Source: Bacilli bacterium (GTDB lineage Bacteria; Bacillota_I; Bacilli_A; ML615J-28; CAG-698). From it: a stretch of 64,000 nucleotides of DNA. The position numbers were made by a program, and so were the translations under genes. The stretch is from contig JBMNLY010000001.1 of NCBI GenBank assembly GCA_050953045.1, positions 279,879-343,878 of the forward strand, written 5' to 3'. Positions 1-8,305 of this stretch are shown here, in pieces; position 1 is the stretch's first letter, and every line of letters starts with the position of its first letter. Below the pieces are notes generated by a model, which searched no databases, had not been told where the DNA came from, and saw only the letters and a list, made by a program, of their open reading frames with translations.

Positions 1-830
1 ATGAAAATGATTATATAAAACTAAATCAGAATTTTAAATACAAATCTAGAATAGTAAAAAAGACCGTTAAAGATGAAAATGGAGTTAGAAGGGAGATAGT
101 AGAAAAGGTCGTTTCTTATTGGAGTAAAAATTTCTATAATAGGGAGTTTGCGGAAAACAAATCTTTTCTAGAATTCCTAGAAAAACTTATTAAGTCCCCC
201 GCTAACTTTAGAGTATCTAGAACTCAAGCAAAAAGCATAAAAGCATTTTTAAAGAAGGATTTGTTGAACTCTATTACTGGTGAAGTTATTAATTCATCCG
301 AGTTAAAAGCCATAATTGATGAGAAAAAAATAGAAGAATATAAAAAATTTATGGGTTATTACCAAATAGTAACATCTGAACTAGATATGGATGATTTAGA
401 AGTAATAGAAAAATATCATGGTTTATCTCAAATCGAAAACCAATTTCGAATTATGAAAAGCGATTTGCAAACAAGACCTATTTACGTAAGAAATAAAGAA
501 CATATTGAAGCTCATTTGATTGTTTGTATGATTGCGCTGCTAATCATAAGAATAATTCAAAAGAATATTGTAGACGGAAAACACGTACCGATAAAACATA
601 AAAACAATAGAAGTTTAGACTGGCAAATGGGATTAACCGGAGAGAGAATTCAAAGGGCACTAAACAAATGGACAATCGATAAACTACCGGGAGATTATTA
701 TAGATTTAATAATTTAGATGATCCGGATTTAAAACTTATACTGGATACATTTAATATTGAAATACCAGTAAAATTGTTTAGAAAAATGGAATTAAAGAAC
801 ATCAAAACAAAAATAAAAATATTTAATTAG
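1..830 (+). CDS. IS1634-family DDE transposase, 3' part (runs off window start)
   Basis: Protein identical to C-terminus of ORF 1481..3316. Confidence 0.9.
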   Translation, partial: ENDYIKLNQNFKYKSRIVKKTVKDENGVRREIVEKVVSYWSKNFYNREFAENKSFLEFLEKLIKSPANFRVSRTQAKSIKAFLKKDLLNSITGEVINSSELKAIIDEKKIEEYKKFMGYYQIVTSELDMDDLEVIEKYHGLSQIENQFRIMKSDLQTRPIYVRNKEHIEAHLIVCMIALLIIRIIQKNIVDGKHVPIKHKNNRSLDWQMGLTGERIQRALNKWTIDKLPGDYYRFNNLDDPDLKLILDTFNIEIPVKLFRKMELKNIKTKIKIFN

Positions 831-994
831 TATATAATATTAGTACATATTCTCAAAAACACATCTTATGAAATAAACATAAAAACACTATAAAAGTAAA
901 CAAAAATAGCATAAAACATGTAAAAACAATAGTTTTTTAAAGGAATCCCCTTTTTCAAGGGGACTTTCTACTTTCACGAAGTGGCAAACTCGGG
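1..994 (+). mobile_element. IS1634-family element, copy 1 (5' part outside window)
   Basis: Matches 2487..3480 except 3 substitutions seen by eye; ends in right IR GTGGCAAACTCGGG (981-994). Confidence 0.9.
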
Positions 995-1308
995 TTATAA
1001 CATAATAATACAATTATTTCCGGGTTTTGTCGAAATATATAACAATAATAAAGTCTCAAAGATAAAAAAAGCTACTTCCAAAAATGTTATGATACTCTTA
1101 AAGTAGACAGTGAATTAAAATAAAGTAATTCATTATCTATTTTAGGAGTATTTTTAATATGGGACGAAAAAGCAAATTTAGTAAAGAACTTAAAATTAAG
1201 GCTTGCTTGGATTATATATCGGGTGTTAGGAGCGTATCACAAATAAGTGATGATTTACAAGTGTATAAAAAAACTGTATATAGGTGGGTTAATTCATATA
1301 GAGTACAT
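995..1308 (+). repeat. 314-bp direct repeat, copy A (includes IS3 left end and 5' part of orfA)
   Basis: Same sequence as 3481..3794; lies exactly between the IRR of IS1634 copy 1 and the IRL of copy 2. Confidence 0.9.
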
Positions 1309-3480
1309 CCCGAGTTTGCCAGTTAGTATATAACTAATGCATATCAACTTATTTAATAATCTGCTAAATTCTATCAATTTCATGGCTTTTTAGCCTTTTT
1401 TTTAATATTTTTCTTGCATATGTATTATATCTGTGATATAATGTGTTTGTTAGTACATAAGTATATATGGAGGGTAAACCATGTTCGTTGAAGTGTTTAA
1501 TAATAACGGAATTAAGTATTTAAGACTAGTTGAAGGAATTAGGATTATTAATGATAAGGGAAAGCCTTCTGTTAGAAAGAAAGTTTTACTTAATATTGGT
1601 CCCTTATCTAGGTTTGATGACGGTAAACCCGATTACGTTAAACGTCTTAAAGAATCTTTTAAAAACGGGAAACCTTTAATTGATTCGCTTCTTCCTTTCG
1701 TTGATAAGAACAGTTTAAAAGAAGAATATAATATCTTCTTATCAGAAGGCAATCCCGATTGTATCGGGCATCCTAAACTTTATTCTCATTCTTTGCTTGA
1801 AAGAATCCTAGAAGAACTTGGGTTAACTAGCCTCATTTCAAGCTATAAAGCTCACACTAAAATCAAATTCGATTTATTAGGTTTTTTTAGATTGCTCGTT
1901 TATGGTAGAGTGCTGAGTCCCGCTTCTAAGTTTTCTACCGTAAAACAAAATGATGATTATTATGACAAAATTGTAAAAGAGGTTTATCCGTATAATATTT
2001 ATGATACACTTAACTTTATCTATAATTTTAAAAGGCAAATAATTAACAGAATTAATACTAACCTTATCAATAAAGCAAACAGAAAGAATAATTTTATCTT
2101 TTACGATGTTACTAACTTCTTCTTTGAAATAGAAGAAAATGATGAAGATATTGAAGAAAACGGTGAAGTAATTAAAGGAATCAGAAAAAGAGGAGTAAGT
2201 AAAGAATTTAGACCGCAGCCGATTGTTCAAATGGGTTTATTTATGGATGAGGAAGGTATGCCTATATCGATTGAAATCTTTCCGGGAAATACCCTTGATC
2301 ATCTAACGGTTAATACAGCTCTTGCTAAGAATATTGATAATGTTATAAATTCTAGATATATCTTTGTTGGAGACAGAGGAATATGTAATTATAAAACTAT
2401 ATGCCATCTAATAGATCGCAATAAAGGCTACATCTTTAGTAGAAGTATTAAGAAAAGTACTGATGAAGAAAAAAACTGGATTATTGATGAAAATGATTAT
2501 ATAAAACTAAATCAGAATTTTAAATACAAATCTAGAATAGTAAAAAAGACCGTTAAAGATGAAAATGGAGTTAGAAGGGAGATAGTAGAAAAGGTCGTTT
2601 CTTATTGGAGTAAAAATTTCTATAATAGGGAGTTTGCGGAAAACAAATCTTTTCTAGAATTCCTAGAAAAACTTATTAAGTCCCCCGCTAACTTTAGAGT
2701 ATCTAGAACTCAAGCAAAAAGCATAAAAGCATTTTTAAAGAAGGATTTGTTGAACTCTATTACTGGTGAAGTTATTAATTCATCCGAGTTAAAAGCCATA
2801 ATTGACGAGAAAAAAATAGAAGAATATAAAAAATTTATGGGTTATTACCAAATAGTAACATCTGAACTAGATATGGATGATTTAGAAGTAATAGAAAAAT
2901 ATCATGGTTTATCTCAAATCGAAAACCAATTTCGAATTATGAAAAGCGATTTGCAAACAAGACCTATTTACGTAAGAAATAAAGAACATATTGAAGCTCA
3001 TTTGATTGTTTGTATGATTGCGCTGCTAATCATAAGAATAATTCAAAAGAATATTGTAGACGGAAAACACGTACCGATAAAACATAAAAACAATAGAAGT
3101 TTAGACTGGCAAATGGGATTAACCGGAGAGAGAATTCAAAGGGCACTAAACAAATGGACAATCGATAAACTACCGGGAGATTATTATAGATTTAATAATT
3201 TAGATGATCCGGATTTAAAACTTATACTGGATACATTTAATATTGAAATACCAGTAAAATTGTTTAGAAAAATGGAATTAAAGAACATCAAAACAAAAAT
3301 AAAAATATTTAATTAGTATATAATATTAGTACATATTCTCAAAAACACATCTTATGAAATAAACATAAAAACACTATAAAAGTAAACAAAAATAGCATAA
3401 AACATGTAAAAACAATAGTTTTTTAAAGGAATCCCCTTTTTCAAGGAGACTTTCTACTTTCACAAAGTGGCAAACTCGGG
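1309..3480 (+). mobile_element. IS1634-family element, complete copy 2 (2172 bp)
   Basis: IRL CCCGAGTTTGCCA at 1309, IRR TGGCAAACTCGGG ending 3480; single 611-aa transposase; flanked by 314-bp direct repeats. Confidence 0.9.
1481..3316 (+). CDS. IS1634-family transposase
   Basis: Motifs FYDVTNFFFE, G.SKEFRPQPIVQMGL, VGDRG, YH.L.QIE.QFRIMKSDL.TRPIYV....HIEAH; RBS GGAGG. Confidence 0.9.
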   Translation: MFVEVFNNNGIKYLRLVEGIRIINDKGKPSVRKKVLLNIGPLSRFDDGKPDYVKRLKESFKNGKPLIDSLLPFVDKNSLKEEYNIFLSEGNPDCIGHPKLYSHSLLERILEELGLTSLISSYKAHTKIKFDLLGFFRLLVYGRVLSPASKFSTVKQNDDYYDKIVKEVYPYNIYDTLNFIYNFKRQIINRINTNLINKANRKNNFIFYDVTNFFFEIEENDEDIEENGEVIKGIRKRGVSKEFRPQPIVQMGLFMDEEGMPISIEIFPGNTLDHLTVNTALAKNIDNVINSRYIFVGDRGICNYKTICHLIDRNKGYIFSRSIKKSTDEEKNWIIDENDYIKLNQNFKYKSRIVKKTVKDENGVRREIVEKVVSYWSKNFYNREFAENKSFLEFLEKLIKSPANFRVSRTQAKSIKAFLKKDLLNSITGEVINSSELKAIIDEKKIEEYKKFMGYYQIVTSELDMDDLEVIEKYHGLSQIENQFRIMKSDLQTRPIYVRNKEHIEAHLIVCMIALLIIRIIQKNIVDGKHVPIKHKNNRSLDWQMGLTGERIQRALNKWTIDKLPGDYYRFNNLDDPDLKLILDTFNIEIPVKLFRKMELKNIKTKIKIFN

Positions 3481-3794
3481 TTATAACATAATAATACAAT
3501 TATTTCCGGGTTTTGTCGAAATATATAACAATAATAAAGTCTCAAAGATAAAAAAAGCTACTTCCAAAAATGTTATGATACTCTTAAAGTAGACAGTGAA
3601 TTAAAATAAAGTAATTCATTATCTATTTTAGGAGTATTTTTAATATGGGACGAAAAAGCAAATTTAGTAAAGAACTTAAAATTAAGGCTTGCTTGGATTA
3701 TATATCGGGTGTTAGGAGCGTATCACAAATAAGTGATGATTTACAAGTGTATAAAAAAACTGTATATAGGTGGGTTAATTCATATAGAGTACAT
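3481..3794 (+). repeat. 314-bp direct repeat, copy B
   Basis: Same sequence as 995..1308. Confidence 0.9.
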
Positions 3795-4307
3795 GGTCAA
3801 AGTATATTCGATAATAAACCAAGAAACAAATCGTATTCAAAAGAATTAAAACTTCAAGTAGTAAAAGAGTATTTAAGTGGTGAAGGCTCTCATGAATCAC
3901 TTGCTTTAAAATATAATATTTCATGTGATGGTATAGTAACTCAATGGATAAAATTGTATAATAGTGGTAAGGAAATTAAGGATTATAATCCTAAGGGGGA
4001 GGTATACACTATGAAAGCACGCCGTACCACATTTGAAGAAAGATTAGAAATAGTTAAATTCGTATTAGATAACAATAGAAACTATAAGCTAGCTGCAGAG
4101 AAATATTTATTGCCATATAGCTTAATCTACAACTGGACAAACAAATACTTAAAGTATGGTGAAGATAGTCTAAAGTACCAAAAGAAAGGACCGAGGCCAA
4201 AAGACTTTATTCCAGATGACCTCTCAGAAAAAGATAGATTGCTTAGAGAGAACGAACTCTTAAGACGTCAACTGGATTATGCACAGCTTGAGAATCAAGT
4301 TCTTTAA
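3645..4307 (+). CDS. IS3 transposase OrfA (tandem HTH); stops at TAA just before the slippery site
   Basis: Repeated HTH units (YSKELKL.VV, TFEERLEIV); copy 2 has AAA in place of this TAA. Confidence 0.85.
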   Translation: MGRKSKFSKELKIKACLDYISGVRSVSQISDDLQVYKKTVYRWVNSYRVHGQSIFDNKPRNKSYSKELKLQVVKEYLSGEGSHESLALKYNISCDGIVTQWIKLYNSGKEIKDYNPKGEVYTMKARRTTFEERLEIVKFVLDNNRNYKLAAEKYLLPYSLIYNWTNKYLKYGEDSLKYQKKGPRPKDFIPDDLSEKDRLLRENELLRRQLDYAQLENQVL

Positions 4308-4405
4308 AAAAAAGAACAATTAGAAAGACAAGCAGAATTACAAAGGTTAGGCAGGAAGAAACGTACCTAACAATTGATTATTTCAAAGATTTAGGCCATC
4401 CGATT

Positions 4406-5224
4406 ATGGTTTTATGCGATATTCTAGAGATTCCACGTAGTTCTTACTACAAGTGGAAAAATAGATCTAAGCCGAAAAAAGAGACTCAAGATGAAGAAAT
4501 CTGTAATCTAATTTTAGAATATGATAAGACCTTCCATCATATTCTAGGCTACCGTAGAATGACGATGTTCATTAATCACTTTAACCGAACAGACTATAGC
4601 GTTGGCTATATTCATAGGCTCATGAAGATCTTAGGAGTAAAAGCAAAGATTCGCAGATGTAGACCAGGATACAGAAAATCTAAACCTGAATATACAGCTG
4701 AAAATATATTAGCTAGGGATTTCAGTGCTGCTAAGCCTAATGAAAAATGGTTATCAGATGTGACTGAATTCAAGATCATTGGTCAAAAACAAAAACTATT
4801 TTTGTGTGCAATATTTGATTTATATGACAATAGTATCATTGCGTACAAGATGAGCACAAGAAACGATAACAAGCTTGTCTTTGATACATTTGATCTTGCA
4901 ATTAAGAAGCATCCTAATGCAAAACCAATATTTCATAGTGATAGAGGTTATCAATATACATCAATCGGTTTCAAAACAAAGATTAAAAAACAAGGAATTA
5001 TTCAAAGCATGAGCAGGGTTGGTAAGTGTATTGATAATGGCCCAATGGAAGCATTCTGGGGAATAATCAAATCAGAAATGTATTATTTAAATAAGTTTTA
5101 CAATTTAGAAGACTTAAAACAAGCGATTATTAATTATATAAACTTTTATAATCATAAGCGATTACAAGGTAAATTAAAATGCTTGCCTCCGATAGAATAT
5201 CGAAAACAAGCATTAATAGCTTAA
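4406..5224 (+). CDS. IS3 transposase OrfB (rve DDE domain)
   Basis: W.SDVTEF, HSDRGYQY, SRVGKCIDNGPMEAFW motifs. Confidence 0.95.
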   Translation: MVLCDILEIPRSSYYKWKNRSKPKKETQDEEICNLILEYDKTFHHILGYRRMTMFINHFNRTDYSVGYIHRLMKILGVKAKIRRCRPGYRKSKPEYTAENILARDFSAAKPNEKWLSDVTEFKIIGQKQKLFLCAIFDLYDNSIIAYKMSTRNDNKLVFDTFDLAIKKHPNAKPIFHSDRGYQYTSIGFKTKIKKQGIIQSMSRVGKCIDNGPMEAFWGIIKSEMYYLNKFYNLEDLKQAIINYINFYNHKRLQGKLKCLPPIEYRKQALIA

Positions 5225-5295
5225 ATATTTTTATTTTTATTACTGTCTACTTGACATGTATCAGTTCAATCAAAGTAGCTTTAAAATTTTGTTTT

Positions 5296-6093
5296 TTATG
5301 ACAACAACATCTTATCGGTTAACTCCAAATCATCCAAAGCGCCAAACTTCTTCAACAGATCCTCTAATGTAAGTTTTTGTTTTTCTTCGCCGGAAACATC
5401 TAAAACAATTCTTCCGTTATTAAGCATTAATAATCTATTCCCGTATTTTAAGGCATCACGCATATTATGAGTAATCATTAGGGTTGTGAGTTTGTTTTCA
5501 GTAACTATTTTGTTTGTTAGTTCTAAAACAATTTTTGCGGTTTTCGGGTCTAATGCTGCCGTATGTTCATCCAAAAGCAAAAGTTTGGGTTTATCTAGTG
5601 TCGCCATTAGTAGTGTTACAGCCTGCCTTTGCCCTCCGGAAAGTAATCCAATTTTATTGTTTAAACGGGTTTCTAAACCAAGATTTAATGTCGCTAGTTT
5701 TTCTTTAAAAAGTTCACTCAGATTTTTATTAAATCCCCATTTTAAACCTTTCTTTTTTGCTCTTCTCGTAGCTAAAGCAAGATTTTCTTCAAGCGACATA
5801 TTTGCTGCAGTTCCGGAAAGAGGATCTTGAAATACAATCCCGATATATTTTGACCGTTTATAATCTTTCAAATTAGTAACATCTTCCTGATCGATAAAAA
5901 CCTGGCCTTCATCCGGAGTTACAGTTCCCGAAATTACATTTAAAAGCGTAGTTTTTCCGCTACCATTGCCGCCGATTACAGTTACAAATTCTCCTTCGTT
6001 TATTTCTAAGGAAATATTATCCAAAGCTACTTTTAAATCTTCAGGATTTAAATCCTTATTAAAGATTTTAGTTAAACTCTTAACCTTAAGCAT
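5296..6093 (-). CDS. ABC transporter ATP-binding subunit (TrpXYZ-type aromatic amino acid uptake)
   Basis: GGNGSGKT, LSGGQRQ, LLLDEHTAALDP. Confidence 0.9.
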   Translation of the reverse strand: MLKVKSLTKIFNKDLNPEDLKVALDNISLEINEGEFVTVIGGNGSGKTTLLNVISGTVTPDEGQVFIDQEDVTNLKDYKRSKYIGIVFQDPLSGTAANMSLEENLALATRRAKKKGLKWGFNKNLSELFKEKLATLNLGLETRLNNKIGLLSGGQRQAVTLLMATLDKPKLLLLDEHTAALDPKTAKIVLELTNKIVTENKLTTLMITHNMRDALKYGNRLLMLNNGRIVLDVSGEEKQKLTLEDLLKKFGALDDLELTDKMLLS

Positions 6094-6994
6094 GATTTGT
6101 CACTTCCTTTTTTCTAGTAAACCAAGCTTTTCTAATCAAAGGCAAAGCTAAAATAACAGCAATAAGGATTGCTTGGAGAAGCTTGAGGTCATTTGGATCC
6201 ATTCCAAGCGCAATCGCAATAGCGACTAAAGCTTGATAGATAATACTTCCCAAGATAACAGAAATCAACCAATTTTTAAAACTTCTTTTTCCAAAAATTA
6301 CTTCACCAATGATGATTGAAGCAAGACCGATAACGATTGTTCCTTTTCCGATATCCATATTAGCAAATTTATTACTTTGTGCATGCAAAGCTCCACTCAT
6401 AGCTATCAAAGCATTGGCAATCGCTAGACCAAGAATAATCATTACATGGGTATTGATACCTTGAGCCCTTGCCATTTTTTGATTCATTCCTGTTGCTCTG
6501 ATTGACATCCCGATTTCTGTTCCAAAGAACCAATAGAGAATGAAAAAGAAAATCACAACAATGATCAAGGTGGTAATTGTGTTTGCGAAAAAAGGATTAT
6601 TGATCATCTTTCTGAAGAAAGAATAAATCGTATCTGCTTGGGTAAAAATAGCTGCTTTCCCCATTATTCTTAAATTGATTGTATAAAGTCCCGTCATACT
6701 TATGATTCCAGCTAAAATTGCAGGAATTTTTAATTTCGTATGGAGAATTCCGGTAATCATACCTACAAGAAAACCACCAACTAATGCAATTAAAGTTGAA
6801 ACTAACGGGTTCATTCCGCTTTCAATCAAAGATATAGTAATCGCACTACCTAAAGTGATTGTACCTTCTGCCGTTAAATCCGCTAAATCAAGCACACGAA
6901 AAGAAATAAAAATACCCAAGGTCATTAAAGACCAAATCAATCCAAGTTGGATACCATCTTGGATAATATACCTAATGCTTTCTAACCAATCCAT
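6086..6994 (-). CDS. ABC transporter permease (BPD_transp_2 type)
   Basis: Hydrophobic; FRVLD.ADLT.EG and GTIVIGLASIIIGE family motifs. Confidence 0.9.
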   Translation of the reverse strand: MDWLESIRYIIQDGIQLGLIWSLMTLGIFISFRVLDLADLTAEGTITLGSAITISLIESGMNPLVSTLIALVGGFLVGMITGILHTKLKIPAILAGIISMTGLYTINLRIMGKAAIFTQADTIYSFFRKMINNPFFANTITTLIIVVIFFFILYWFFGTEIGMSIRATGMNQKMARAQGINTHVMIILGLAIANALIAMSGALHAQSNKFANMDIGKGTIVIGLASIIIGEVIFGKRSFKNWLISVILGSIIYQALVAIAIALGMDPNDLKLLQAILIAVILALPLIRKAWFTRKKEVTNHA

Positions 6995-7000
6995 AAATAT

Positions 7001-7975
7001 CTACTCCAAGATCCGACTCGCTCTTTCAAGCAAAGCCTCAGGAATTGAAATTCCGATTTCATCTAATTGTTTTTTATTAATCACCAAATCATATTCAGAC
7101 AAACCTACGGAAGGAATATCTTTTGGGTTGATGCCGTCTTTTAGTATTTTAACCGCCATTTCGGCTGTTAATCTACCCAATTCATAATAGTTTACCCCAT
7201 ATGTAATCGTACCGCCGGCATCAACAACATTAGGTTCACCTACAATGGCCGGAATCTTTTTTTCGTTTATTATATCTTTAATAACTCCCATTGCTCCGGC
7301 GATTGCATTATCAGTCGGAATATAGAAAGCATCTACCTGCAATGCTAGTTGATTCGCAACCGGTTGCAAATCATTAATTGTCTGGATTGTTTTTACAAAA
7401 ACTTCTAAACCTGCTTTTTCAGCTTCTTCTTTCGCAACATTAGCCTGTAATTCCGAATTAGGTTCGCTTCCAGTATAAATAATGCCAAGTTTGGTAGCAT
7501 TCGGAAGCATTTCCTTCACCAAAGAAATTTGTTCTTTAATCGGATTCATATCATTAGTTCCGGTAACATTTCCGCCCGGAGCTTCATTACTCTTAATCAA
7601 TTTCGCATCAACAGGATCGGTTACAGCAGTAAAGAGAATCGGGGTGTTTTTACCTTGATCCTTTGCTTCATTAACAACTGCGCTTGCTGCAGGGGTTGCA
7701 ATAGCTAAAATCAAATCAGATTTCCTAACCAATTCTTTAGCTTGCAAAGACATAGTCGGAGCGTCCGTTTGCGGGTTTAAAATCGTAATATTAATATTTT
7801 CGCCCTGAACATAACCTGCTTCTTCAAGCACATCAATAAAGCCTTGCCGGGCTTCAGTTAAAGCATTATGTTCAACATATTGTAAGATTCCAATTTCAAT
7901 TAAATCGCCTTTGTTACATCCTACTAAAACAATACCAAAGATAAATAATAAAATAAATCCAATAAACTTTTTCAT
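7001..7975 (-). CDS. ABC transporter substrate-binding lipoprotein (Trp/Tyr-binding family)
   Basis: Lipobox LVGC; IGILQYVEH.AL, AIATPAA, FTAVTDP, NVTGT.D, PTDN. Confidence 0.9.
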   Translation of the reverse strand: MKKFIGFILLFIFGIVLVGCNKGDLIEIGILQYVEHNALTEARQGFIDVLEEAGYVQGENINITILNPQTDAPTMSLQAKELVRKSDLILAIATPAASAVVNEAKDQGKNTPILFTAVTDPVDAKLIKSNEAPGGNVTGTNDMNPIKEQISLVKEMLPNATKLGIIYTGSEPNSELQANVAKEEAEKAGLEVFVKTIQTINDLQPVANQLALQVDAFYIPTDNAIAGAMGVIKDIINEKKIPAIVGEPNVVDAGGTITYGVNYYELGRLTAEMAVKILKDGINPKDIPSVGLSEYDLVINKKQLDEIGISIPEALLERASRILE

Positions 7976-7994
7976 TTTTCTCCTCCTTATTAAT

Positions 7995-8026
7995 AAAAAA
8001 TGTGTTATTACTTAGTAATAACACAT
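7995..8026 (-). terminator. Intrinsic terminator in the transporter 5' leader (attenuator)
   Basis: Long perfect inverted repeat ATGTGTTATTACT/AGTAATAACACAT followed by a T tract on the minus strand, just upstream of the RBS. Confidence 0.85.
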
Positions 8027-8148
8027 GAAGTATCTTATATTTCCACTGTTATTACCTTCCATCTATTATCTTTAATAGACGCCATGTAATAACACTGGAT
8101 TTGTTTATGGCTTACTTTCCAACAGAAAAAGCCAAGAAAGAAGTGTTT

Positions 8149-8220
8149 TTAAACATGACATCCTCTTGGAAAGTAATAATAGTAATAAAATTTTACGTTA
8201 ACAGAAACAAAAGGTTTCAT
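8149..8220 (-). CDS. Tyr/Phe-rich leader peptide MKPFVSVNVKFYYYYYFPRGCHV (23 aa)
   Basis: GGAG RBS 8 nt before ATG; codons TTT TAT TAC TAT TAT TAC TTT; lies between promoter and attenuator terminator. Confidence 0.8.
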   Translation of the reverse strand: MKPFVSVNVKFYYYYYFPRGCHV

Positions 8221-8250
8221 AGACATATCTCCGTAAATCTTATTAATGAA

Positions 8251-8279
8251 ATTATATCATTTACTATATGAAAAAGCAA
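8251..8279 (-). promoter_or_regulatory. SigA-type promoter of the leader/ABC operon
   Basis: TTGCTT-17 bp-TATAAT with TG extension. Confidence 0.75.
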
Positions 8280-8305
8280 TGAAAAGTTTCGAAAAAACGC
8301 TTACT

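Larger units (their letters stand above)
3571..5268 (+). mobile_element. IS3-family element (orfA/orfB, -1 frameshift type), full-length copy
   Basis: TG...CA ends; imperfect IRs TGTTATGATACTCTTAAAGTAGACAGT / TGAACTGATACATGTCAAGTAGACAGT; inserted between the arms of hairpin AAAGCTACTT...AAGTAGCTTT. Confidence 0.9.

Noticed and set aside
4302-4323. prfB-like +1 frameshift at CTT TAA rescuing the IS3 transposase
   Set aside because: The +1 frame hits TAG within a few codons and is not the orfB frame
7976-8250. T-box riboswitch upstream of the ABC transporter
   Set aside because: No GGTGGnACC-type T-box motif or stem I signature visible; the leader-peptide model explains the region better
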